Source: an uncultured archaeon
GTDB taxonomy: Archaea; Asgardarchaeota; Lokiarchaeia; Sigyniarchaeales; SOKP01
Reading direction: 5' to 3'
DNA: 64,000 nucleotides
NCBI GenBank assembly: GCA_964493715.1
Contig: CAZBPC010000002.1
Coordinates: forward strand, 4,814-68,813
In this document: piece by piece, positions 26,181 to 34,591 of the stretch
Layout: each line of letters opens with the position of its first letter
Numbering within the stretch: position 1 is the stretch's first letter
Notes under the pieces: model-generated
Databases searched by the model: none
The model's input: only the letters and a program-made list of their open reading frames with translations
What the model was told of the DNA's origin: nothing
Translations under genes and position numbers: made by a program

Positions 26181-27290
26181 ATTTCTAAATTAAAAGATGA
26201 TCTTGAAAAGAAAGTAATATTTACGGATGACGTTATTAGAGAAAGACTTGGGAAATATGGTGTGGTATACTTTCCGGAAGATATTAAAGAATCCGTTGAT
26301 GATATATTAGGGAATGCAAAGATAAAAGAAATACTTGAAGATTTCTTCAAAGCTTTGAACAAGTATTATGATTTTGTGGAACAGTTAAAAAATACCAATT
26401 TAGCTCCAAATCTCACAGTACTTTTATATGGTCCTCCAGGAACAGGCAAAACCTCACTAACTAGAGGATTTGCAAAAAAATATGGCGTGCCAATATGTGT
26501 AGTTGAATCAGATCGCCTTGTTTCACCGTTATTAGGAGATACAATTAAAAACATAAGAAATGTGGTGGAGTTAGCTTCAGAAATTTCTAAAGAGAGAGGT
26601 GCTTTTGTTTTATTTTTTGATGAAATTGATGCTGTTGGTTCAGAACGATCCAACACACATGAAGTAGGAGAAATCAAAAGAGCTGTCATTTCGTTTTTAC
26701 AGGTAATTGATAGAGTAAATTATGAAGGTGTACCATTAGCAATATTCGGAGCCACAAATCACCAACATCAATTAGATTCAGCAATATGGAGGCGCTTTAC
26801 ATTTCATTTTAGATTTGATTTTCCGGATTATAATTTAAGAAAGAAGATAATTGAAGCTTTTTTAGATAAAATCAAACAAGCAAAAATAGGTGTTGATAAT
26901 CAAATTTTTTCTAATTTAAATGAGGAATATAATCGTATGCAAAAAATTGAAAAAGAAATTACAAATAAAATGGGGCAGAACGTCACTGAATTTGATGATA
27001 TAATATTATGGAATGAAATTTCCAAGAAAATTAAAGGAGAGGGGTTATTAAAATTGACTCACGGATATTCTGGATCTGATATCGAAAGAGGAACTAAAGT
27101 TGCATTATTAAAAGCGATTACTATCGAACTCCTAACTTACGATCTATTCTATGATTCCTTAAAGTTAGTTGGAGGTACAGCAATTCATGTCGAACGTCAA
27201 AATACTCTAGCAACTACGAGAGGATTCATATTAAAAGATGAAAGAAATGAGAAAAAATCTAATAGGGATAATAAACCTCCTGAAATTTAA
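26181..27290 (+). CDS. Operon gene 5: classical-clade AAA+ ATPase (start probably ATT at 26181; first GTG at 26262)
   Basis: Walker A LLYGPPGTGKT, Walker B FFDEIDAV, second region of homology GATNHQHQLDSAIWRRF, and YSGSDI near the C-terminus. No MIT or other N-domain. Confidence 0.8.
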   Translation: MSKLKDDLEKKVIFTDDVIRERLGKYGVVYFPEDIKESVDDILGNAKIKEILEDFFKALNKYYDFVEQLKNTNLAPNLTVLLYGPPGTGKTSLTRGFAKKYGVPICVVESDRLVSPLLGDTIKNIRNVVELASEISKERGAFVLFFDEIDAVGSERSNTHEVGEIKRAVISFLQVIDRVNYEGVPLAIFGATNHQHQLDSAIWRRFTFHFRFDFPDYNLRKKIIEAFLDKIKQAKIGVDNQIFSNLNEEYNRMQKIEKEITNKMGQNVTEFDDIILWNEISKKIKGEGLLKLTHGYSGSDIERGTKVALLKAITIELLTYDLFYDSLKLVGGTAIHVERQNTLATTRGFILKDERNEKKSNRDNKPPEI

Positions 27291-27329
27291 TCCTTTAATA
27301 TATGAATATGATAATAAAATTGATGAAAA

Positions 27330-28370
27330 ATGTCAAAAGATTACATTCTTGATTTAAGTAGAATAAAAAGTATCACACAACCTTTATTAACCCTCCAAAA
27401 TGGATTAGGGTCCCTTTCCCCTTTATTAGAGCAAATAGAGCAATCGAAAAATGGTTTTCATAAAATCCTCTTTTTAAATATGGATAAACAACAATTTAAT
27501 CAGATAATAACTCTAATTCAAGAATTACATAAGGAATTAACTCAAATAACACACAAAAATATCACTAATTTCCTTGCTTTTCAAGATAATTTGTTGAAAA
27601 AATATAGGGAGCAATATAGAGATCGTTTATTAAGATTGAAAATCGACCAGGAAAAAAGTAAAAACCTTGGCCTTTACTTAATTGGTCAGAAAAAAATAAG
27701 CAAGGTAGATCATCAGATTTCCTACGTTAACTCTATTATTCTGGATGACTGGTTCAATCTTTTAGATTCTTTAAATCAAAACTCTAATTTTTTGAGTTTA
27801 ATCCCTAAAATAAGAGATTATTACAAAAAAATCACTCACAATAGATTAAAAATGGAATTAGAAAAGATACCTGAGGAATTTGATGTAATGATCAAACGTG
27901 AATTCAAGAATGCTTTTAATGAAGATCCTGATTTATCTTTTGAACAATTTTTCAATGAAAATGAAAAGATGTTAACTGCTGCCGATTTAAACACAAGAAG
28001 AGAAGTGTTACAAAGAGTCAAGGAAAAAGAAGAATTAGAAAAATTAAAATTAAAGCAAGAAGAGCAAAATCAAGGTTATAAAGATTACTTAAAATTATCT
28101 GCAAAAGAATTTGAAAGGCGAAGGAGAAAAAAATCAAGAGAAAAATTAAGTGAGATTGATATTTCTTCCAACCCAAAAGAAGAAATAGAAATTAGTAAAG
28201 AAGTATCTGAGAAAATAGAACAATTTAAATCACAATTCGAAAAAAAATTTCAAGATGATTATTTAACAGGATTAGATCAAGAACTAGATCCACTAGATTT
28301 AATTAGAGAAAGGAAAAAACTGAAAGCTGAAGAGTTTAAGAAATTCAAAAAACATTTTGATCAGGAATGA
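27330..28370 (+). CDS. Operon gene 6: K/E-rich coiled-coil protein
   Basis: 346-aa ORF with a highly charged C-terminal half. No recognisable motif. Confidence 0.5.
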   Translation: MSKDYILDLSRIKSITQPLLTLQNGLGSLSPLLEQIEQSKNGFHKILFLNMDKQQFNQIITLIQELHKELTQITHKNITNFLAFQDNLLKKYREQYRDRLLRLKIDQEKSKNLGLYLIGQKKISKVDHQISYVNSIILDDWFNLLDSLNQNSNFLSLIPKIRDYYKKITHNRLKMELEKIPEEFDVMIKREFKNAFNEDPDLSFEQFFNENEKMLTAADLNTRREVLQRVKEKEELEKLKLKQEEQNQGYKDYLKLSAKEFERRRRKKSREKLSEIDISSNPKEEIEISKEVSEKIEQFKSQFEKKFQDDYLTGLDQELDPLDLIRERKKLKAEEFKKFKKHFDQE

Positions 28371-28374
28371 ATAA

Positions 28375-29991
28375 ATGACAGTTGAGGATGAACATAAACA
28401 AATAACTATAGGAACGCAGAAATATAATATCCAAGATAAGTTAACATTGATATTAGGAAAGATTAAAGACGATGACTTAATCTCATTTAAGGATGAAAAT
28501 TTAGTTGATTTAATCACAAATTTAGATCCTTTACCAGTAGAGAATATTATTAAAAATCTAAAATCAGTTTACCCCGTTATCACAAAATCGATCAATCTCT
28601 TGAAATACTTAAAAGATTATATTAAAACTATCGAATTAAATACTGAAATTATATCAGATTATAATAAATTGGCTCAGAAAATCATTCTTTCATTTCAATT
28701 CGTATTTCTGAACAATGAAAAATCTCAACTCAATGACGAATTAGAGATCGCAAAATTATCCAAGCAATCAAGTGAAATAAAAGCAATTTCAGATTTATTG
28801 GAGAAGTTAAATGAATCTTTAGCACATAATAAAACCAATTTGACTTATTTAGAGCAAGATTACCAAAAAAAGAAAAATCAAATTGATAAAATAAACCAAG
28901 AAATCCAAAATGCAAATGATATTATACAAAGCTTGACAAATAAGAAAAAATTATGTTTTAGGTATATCAATAACATCACACGTAATATGGATTTATCATC
29001 AAAATTAATAATTAATGAAGCAGAAATCAATTCAACATTAGATTTAGATCCTGATTTAACCAATGCTGAAAAAATCAGAAAACTGCAAATTAAAGCAAGA
29101 GAAATACAGCATGACATAAATCAGCATAAATTAAAAATAGACGAAACTAAACTTAAATATGACAATTTATCACCCCAATTTAAAATAATTAGTGAGGATT
29201 ATGAAAAACTTGTTCATTTGATTGAAGAAGATGAAAATAAAGTAAAAAAAAAAGAACATAAACTGAAAGATATGATATCAGGATTAGATCCTAAAATGAA
29301 TGAAAAATTACAAAAAATTGATTTTAGATCTATTCAAACCCCCTCCCAAATAGAATCAGAATTATCAAATATTGAATCGAGATTAAATACAATTTTAACA
29401 AACGAAACCTTCATCCATGATAATTCTTTTATTAAAGTCGAGGAGGTAATAAAGGAGCTTAATAAATTAATTATTTATTCAAAGAAAAATAAAAACCAAA
29501 TTACAATTTCTGATGCAAATCAAAAATTCACCGATATGTTTGAAGGCTACTTCACATTAGAGTCTATTGTTAGTAAATTAGAGGAAATACTTAATTTACT
29601 ATTAAGTGAGATAGATTTACGAGTAAACTTAGAAATATCAATTACCGAAGGATATACAAAATTATTAATTCATCCTCAATTTGCCAGAAATAAGGCACAA
29701 AATTTACAATATGATGACTTAACGACCCCCGAAAAGATATTTTTCGTAATTATAATGTACATATCAATAAAAATGCTCCAAAAATCAAAAACAATACTTT
29801 TTTCAAATGTTTTCATTCCCGAATCTTATAATAAGCGAGGATCGATATTTAGAACAATTAGAAGGTTAGTCCAAATTTTTGAGAGAAATTCTTATTTCAA
29901 TGATTATACTATCGTCTTTATAATTTCAAATTTAGAATTGAAAAAACAAATGGAAAATATAAAAATAATAAAAATTAAAGAAAGTGATTAG
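28375..29991 (+). CDS. Operon gene 7: SMC/Rad50-like coiled-coil protein with degenerate ABC-ATPase head motifs
   Basis: 538 aa. The N-terminal KLTLILGKIKDDD sits where IVGPNGSGKS would be. A coiled coil of about 350 aa follows. The C-terminal LTTPEKIFFVIIMYISI...ILFSNVFIPESYN...YTIVFIISN parallels LSGGEK...ilDEpd..LD...viTH with the catalytic residues replaced. Confidence 0.45.
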   Translation: MTVEDEHKQITIGTQKYNIQDKLTLILGKIKDDDLISFKDENLVDLITNLDPLPVENIIKNLKSVYPVITKSINLLKYLKDYIKTIELNTEIISDYNKLAQKIILSFQFVFLNNEKSQLNDELEIAKLSKQSSEIKAISDLLEKLNESLAHNKTNLTYLEQDYQKKKNQIDKINQEIQNANDIIQSLTNKKKLCFRYINNITRNMDLSSKLIINEAEINSTLDLDPDLTNAEKIRKLQIKAREIQHDINQHKLKIDETKLKYDNLSPQFKIISEDYEKLVHLIEEDENKVKKKEHKLKDMISGLDPKMNEKLQKIDFRSIQTPSQIESELSNIESRLNTILTNETFIHDNSFIKVEEVIKELNKLIIYSKKNKNQITISDANQKFTDMFEGYFTLESIVSKLEEILNLLLSEIDLRVNLEISITEGYTKLLIHPQFARNKAQNLQYDDLTTPEKIFFVIIMYISIKMLQKSKTILFSNVFIPESYNKRGSIFRTIRRLVQIFERNSYFNDYTIVFIISNLELKKQMENIKIIKIKESD

Positions 29992-29997
29992 AAATTT

Positions 29998-30495
29998 ATG
30001 GAAAATCAAGATATTGAAACTACTGTTAGAAAAATAACAAAGCTCATTTTAACAAATCCTCAAAAATTAATAAGAGAAGAAGACTTGAAAACTTTAAGTA
30101 GCGAGCAAGATTTTGAGGATCTTATAAGTAAAGTTTACATTAATTTACAAAATGTTGGATTTGAATTAATCAAAACAAAATTTTTTGACCAAAGCTTCTA
30201 TGTGTTAACCACCGATGGCATGGATGACACTATCTCACCCTCTCAATATGGAATATTAGCTTTAATAACTGCTCTTAGTAAAGAACTAGAAGAAAATTTA
30301 CCAATAAAAGATATTAAAGAATTATTTGCCGAAGTATGGGATTCAGACGTTAAATTGTTAATAGATAATGATTACTTAAGAGAAAATGAGGATTTAGCAA
30401 TTATTAGAGTTTCTCCTCTTGGAAAAGCCATACTAAAGAATATAATTCAAGATCTAAGATTAAAAAACTTGTTAAATGTTTTTGAAGAAGAATAA
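29998..30495 (+). CDS. Operon gene 8: tandem winged-helix protein, ScpB/kite-like
   Basis: 165 aa. The first WH ends in GFELIKTK...FYVLTT. The second begins ISPSQYGILALITAL...IKDIKELF..., paralleling the ScpB pattern LSxAxLEvLAiIaY..It..eIeeirG. Confidence 0.4.
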   Translation: MENQDIETTVRKITKLILTNPQKLIREEDLKTLSSEQDFEDLISKVYINLQNVGFELIKTKFFDQSFYVLTTDGMDDTISPSQYGILALITALSKELEENLPIKDIKELFAEVWDSDVKLLIDNDYLRENEDLAIIRVSPLGKAILKNIIQDLRLKNLLNVFEEE

Positions 30496-30528
30496 CCTTA
30501 TTATAATAAAAAAAAATAGAAGATGCGA

Positions 30529-30942
30529 TTATTTCTCAAGATCCAATATAAATTGCTCATAAATTTTCTTTACTCGATCCGCTGATGGCCCCGTTCCTCT
30601 CACTCCGTTTTCATCAACGATAATTTTACCATTTAAAATTGAAATAATGTTTTGATCTTCTATGTAATTAACGTGTCCAGAGAAGATTGTTCCGATTCTC
30701 TCTGATAAAGCTACCATGGGAAATGGTTCATCTTCTATACTCACAAAATTATAATACGAGCTACGCACTAATAACTTAGGAAAAGATTTATTTTTATCAT
30801 TTTTTGCGTTCACAAGTATAAGGTTTGAATCTTCGGATACTCCTTTTAATTGACCTACAAAAAATCCATCTCCCTCTAAGTAGACCTTAACGATCTTATC
30901 TATGAGTAAACCTAATTCTTGATTATATGATCTAAGCGACAT
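30529..30942 (-). CDS. Sm-like (LSm) domain protein with C-terminal extension
   Basis: 137 aa. The N-terminal KVYLEGDGFFVGQLKGVSEDSNLILVNA fits the Sm1 motif. Confidence 0.55.
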   Translation of the reverse strand: MSLRSYNQELGLLIDKIVKVYLEGDGFFVGQLKGVSEDSNLILVNAKNDKNKSFPKLLVRSSYYNFVSIEDEPFPMVALSERIGTIFSGHVNYIEDQNIISILNGKIIVDENGVRGTGPSADRVKKIYEQFILDLEK

Positions 30943-31043
30943 GTTTATGATTAATTAAGATTATTTTCTATGTTATTAATATTAAATATGATCATTTGCT
31001 TTTATTCTTAATTCAGATCAGTATGCGATTTCTTATATTTATA

Positions 31044-31682
31044 TTAAGAAAGGAGTAAATTAATCAAATTAGATATATTCTCTCCAGTCTGTGCGCTTGT
31101 AGGAATTACTTCTAAATTAGGATTAATCTCTTTTGCATCTAAAATCATTTCGTCAATATCTACATCAATAACATCTAATAAATCGATTTTATTAATTATT
31201 GCTATATCTGACATCTTGAATAGCAAAGGATGTTTTTTTATCACCCATTCTCCTTCTGTAATGGATACAACGACAATTCTTTTATCAGCACCTAAAATAA
31301 AATCAGATGGGCAAATCAAGTTTCCCACATTTTCAATAAAAACAATATCATAATTACTTAAATCGATATTTTTTAGCACTTGATTGATATGATAAGAATT
31401 TAAAGCACATTCCCTTCCAGTATTTATTTGAATCGATTTTGCCCCATATTGTTCGATCCTGTCAGCATCAATTCTTGTTGCAACATCACCATTAATAACA
31501 AGTACGTTGTTATCATTAGAAATTTTTTTAACGATTGCCTCTAGTAAGGCAGTTTTACCTGCTCCAATAGCACCTACAATATCAAACGATTTTATATTAT
31601 GTTTTCTAAATAGTTCACTATTTTTGGATGCTAATCTCTCATTATTATCGATTAAGTCTTCATTTAACTCAATAATTTTCAT
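31044..31682 (-). CDS. hypB: Hydrogenase nickel-insertion GTPase HypB
   Basis: 212 aa. GAIGAGKTALLE P-loop, ENVGNLICP and NKIDL motifs. Confidence 0.85.
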   Translation of the reverse strand: MKIIELNEDLIDNNERLASKNSELFRKHNIKSFDIVGAIGAGKTALLEAIVKKISNDNNVLVINGDVATRIDADRIEQYGAKSIQINTGRECALNSYHINQVLKNIDLSNYDIVFIENVGNLICPSDFILGADKRIVVVSITEGEWVIKKHPLLFKMSDIAIINKIDLLDVIDVDIDEMILDAKEINPNLEVIPTSAQTGENISNLINLLLS

Positions 31683-31709
31683 GATATTTGTTTTTAGTTT
31701 TTTTTGATT

Positions 31710-32636
31710 TTAGTATCTACTTCTTATTTGATATCGAAATACAACATAAGCTCCAATGATTCCACCTAAATCAGGGAGATAGTATATGAAAGAGAGAGGG
31801 CTAAATAATACTGGGAAAATCCTCAGTAATATGATTATAATTAATAAGGTTTTTCCTTTCAACCTTACTGGAATGATCATCATTAGCGCTGTTATTTCTT
31901 GATTCATTACGGGGAATATTGAATATGAAATTAAACCTAAAATACCTCCCCATGCGAATCCTATAGGAATTGCCACTAAATTTATTGGTGCAATACTAAT
32001 TAATGAAAATCTTAAAAGGATAAATAACAAAAGAGAAAAAAAACTTGATATCATAAAAAGTTTGAAAAGAAAGGATGATCCAAATCTTATTTCAATAGAT
32101 CTGGAGAGCAAATACGTGAAAAATAACATTATCGCTAAAAAAAATATATCAATAAATGCATAGTAGCTAAATAAATTAATTTCTGTAATGAATAGAGAAG
32201 TGAGAATCGTTTGAAATGCGTAATTATTTATTAATCCATTCAAACTAAAATAAATAAATAATTGAAGATTGTTTGCTGCAAAGAATGATGCAACTATGGA
32301 AAAGACTAAAATAAAAATTAATAGTGTTTTTGTCCCTCTAAAATTCGTGCTCCAATTATTTGAGCGTTTTACTCTTGGTAAATAATTTTGGTCTTGCCGT
32401 TTTAAGTAATTATTCAATTGTTTTTGCTGCTTGGACTTAGATTTTATTTTTTTTGGTTTAATAAGTAAAGGATCCCCTCCAGTAGAAGTCTTCGGTACTA
32501 AGGGGATATGCTTTAATTCAAACGTACACTGATGATTCTCAGGTAATCTATGCTTCTTACAAAATTGTTTCCCGCAGTATTTGCACCGAAACGGTAAATA
32601 TCCAATTTCTTCTCCACAAAATTTACATAAGGACAT
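31710..32636 (-). CDS. AN1 zinc finger fused to a rhomboid-like (apparently catalytically inactive) membrane domain
   Basis: The N-terminus CKFC-x10-CKYC-x4-CKKH-x5-HQC is a perfect AN1 pattern. The membrane domain has the rhomboid-like SIEIRFGSSFLF segment. It has AWGG where GxSG is expected and LPDLGG where AHxGG is expected. Confidence 0.55.
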   Translation of the reverse strand: MSLCKFCGEEIGYLPFRCKYCGKQFCKKHRLPENHQCTFELKHIPLVPKTSTGGDPLLIKPKKIKSKSKQQKQLNNYLKRQDQNYLPRVKRSNNWSTNFRGTKTLLIFILVFSIVASFFAANNLQLFIYFSLNGLINNYAFQTILTSLFITEINLFSYYAFIDIFFLAIMLFFTYLLSRSIEIRFGSSFLFKLFMISSFFSLLLFILLRFSLISIAPINLVAIPIGFAWGGILGLISYSIFPVMNQEITALMMIIPVRLKGKTLLIIIILLRIFPVLFSPLSFIYYLPDLGGIIGAYVVFRYQIRSRY

Positions 32637-32734
32637 TAGATAGCGATATTCAAATATATTAATTTAAAAATATCATGAAACTCATTGATACTCTATAATT
32701 ATGGTTTATAAAAAAATGATTCTGTTAAATTTTA

Positions 32735-33670
32735 TTATATCGGGATATATGGATTCGATCCAACTGGGGCATATATACTAATCAAGGTTATAACTAATAA
32801 TACCGTTAAAGGTACTATGAGAGTGATATAAACTTTTTTGCTCCATTTCCAGATATTCTGACCATCTAAAATTCCAAAGGGGATCATGTTAAATAAACCA
32901 AGCATGAAATTAAATTGAGCTCCATATCCAATAAAATAATTCAAGGGATATAATACAGGGGGTATTATGTAAGAAATTAATAATAGAATAGAACCATAAA
33001 TCAAATTAACAAGGGGTCCAGCAGCTTTACATAATCCTGTTTTCCTACTTACTTTATCTAACCCTAAAACGACTACCGCTCCGGGTAAAGCCATTCGTCC
33101 CAATGATATTAACGTCATGAGCATCCCGTAAGTAAGCAATCTGAATTTTGTTTGCAAGCCAAAATGAAGTGCTACCTGCCGGTGACCAAATTCATGGAAG
33201 AGAAAAGCGGTCACGTAAAATGCTGAAAGCATGAACCAAGCCCAAATTAAACCATATGATACCACGTCAAAAAACGACACAAGTCCAATAATAAATATTA
33301 GAGTGCTTGCGATCAGAAAATGCACTAATTCCGATTTATGTGCTAATAGAATCCCTTTAAATTTTATCCCCGAATTCGGATCAAATGCATTATCAGGAAT
33401 TTGTTTTTCTTGTTTATACCACGTATATGTACCGTCAGTGGTTCCTCGAATTATAGAACTTCCTGATTCATTTTCAACCATAGATGATCGAATTGAGGAA
33501 GTGACTGATTGAGGGCTTGCTTGAAATATTTGAACAGTTGAAGATTCTTTAACTATATTACATTCATGGTCTATTGGATCTTTATGAAGAAAACAATAAT
33601 TCTGTCCACATTGAATACAATTATGTATTTCTGGAACAACTTCTCCGCAATGGTAACATATTGGTATTAT
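32735..33670 (-). CDS. AN1 zinc finger fused to a site-2 protease (M50) domain; N-terminal AN1 part lacks a canonical start codon
   Basis: HEFGH and NMIPFGILDG M50 motifs. The in-frame upstream 63 codons encode CYHC-x9-CIQC-x4-CFLH-x5-HEC (perfect AN1). The only candidate starts are ATA (33670/33667), 5-8 nt after GAGGT. Confidence 0.6.
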   Translation of the reverse strand: MIPICYHCGEVVPEIHNCIQCGQNYCFLHKDPIDHECNIVKESSTVQIFQASPQSVTSSIRSSMVENESGSSIIRGTTDGTYTWYKQEKQIPDNAFDPNSGIKFKGILLAHKSELVHFLIASTLIFIIGLVSFFDVVSYGLIWAWFMLSAFYVTAFLFHEFGHRQVALHFGLQTKFRLLTYGMLMTLISLGRMALPGAVVVLGLDKVSRKTGLCKAAGPLVNLIYGSILLLISYIIPPVLYPLNYFIGYGAQFNFMLGLFNMIPFGILDGQNIWKWSKKVYITLIVPLTVLLVITLISIYAPVGSNPYIPI

Positions 33671-34094
33671 GAAAAACCTCTTTATGATAATTTAATAAAA
33701 ATATAATATATATTATGATATATAATTTGATATATAAAATTCCATGCTTTTAATTGTCATCAAAATAGATTTATTAGGTCGTAGTTGGATAAATTAATTA
33801 TATTCAAAATTATTGATCTGGATAATAAGAAATTAATTATGAGTGATGAAGAAAATAAACCGACTTCTGAGGATATAAAAAAAGAACGAAAAAATTTAGA
33901 AGAGCTAGGAGTGACTAGCACATGGAATCTTTTATCTGATTTAGCAAAGAAAAAAAAAGATGATGATTAAAGATTCTTATCAAATCTTTTAAAATTCACA
34001 ATTGCTTTTTTGGATTCAAAAAATAAATTAAAGAAGAATAATTTTAGAAAATAATAAAAACATCAACATTTGGTCGATTAATACGGGGAAAAAC

Positions 34095-34313
34095 GTGGTC
34101 TATTGTCCAGTGTGCGAAGCAAACGTAGAGCTAAGGCGTAAAAATTTTGAACATATCTACCACGAAGTATTATGTTTTTTGGTTACACTTACCGCAGGCC
34201 TAGGATTCATCGTCTATCTTATTTTAAAATATAGTAAACCGAAAAATCGTTGCCCAAATTGTGAGTTACAATTTGATTTAAACAACCTACCCAATATATT
34301 GGAGAAAAATTAA
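34095..34313 (+). CDS. Small zinc-ribbon membrane protein
   Basis: 72 aa. CPVC...CPNC pairs flank one hydrophobic helix. Confidence 0.45.
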   Translation: MVYCPVCEANVELRRKNFEHIYHEVLCFLVTLTAGLGFIVYLILKYSKPKNRCPNCELQFDLNNLPNILEKN

Positions 34314-34591
34314 ACATCAACTACTTTTACCTTCATTTCCTTCTTACATCGTGGGCAAATCTTATCGTTATCTTTAAGGTTTTTCTTTCTTAATATTTTT
34401 TTATACTTACACTTCGAATCTGAACAAGTTAATACAAATTTAGTTAATAAATGTGAGTCCTTATTAGTTTCTACAACTGGTGGTTGAAATTCGAATTCCT
34501 CAATTTTATCTTCTATTTTTCTTTTTTTTGGAGGTTTCTTTTGAACTTTTTTGTTATCTCCATTATCTTTTATCCATTTATCTAAGCTCAT
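34310..34591 (-). CDS. Small lysine-rich zinc-ribbon protein
   Basis: 93 aa. Basic N-terminus, with CSDSKC...CPRC at the C-terminus. Confidence 0.45.
   Translation of the reverse strand: MSLDKWIKDNGDNKKVQKKPPKKRKIEDKIEEFEFQPPVVETNKDSHLLTKFVLTCSDSKCKYKKILRKKNLKDNDKICPRCKKEMKVKVVDV

Noticed and set aside
26171-26190. +1 programmed frameshift at TTC-TAA-A linking a short ATG frame to the AAA+ ATPase frame
   Set aside because: It is possible on paper, but the ATG lies inside the SD-like element. The SD-plus-ATT arrangement also explains three other genes in the window. It is kept only as an alternative.
21603-30495. Integrated virus, plasmid or defence island as the explanation for the unknown operon
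   Set aside because: There is no integrase, transposase, capsid-like or nuclease motif. No flanking direct repeats or tRNA target were found, and the composition looks like the rest of the window. A defence role remains a hypothesis only.
33839-33970. 43-aa acidic/lysine-rich ORF (…TSTWNLLSDLAKKKKDDD) as a second WH2-like peptide
   Set aside because: Only the LLSD..K segment resembles WIP-type WH2. The LKKV element is missing and there is no clear RBS, so the case is too weak to call.
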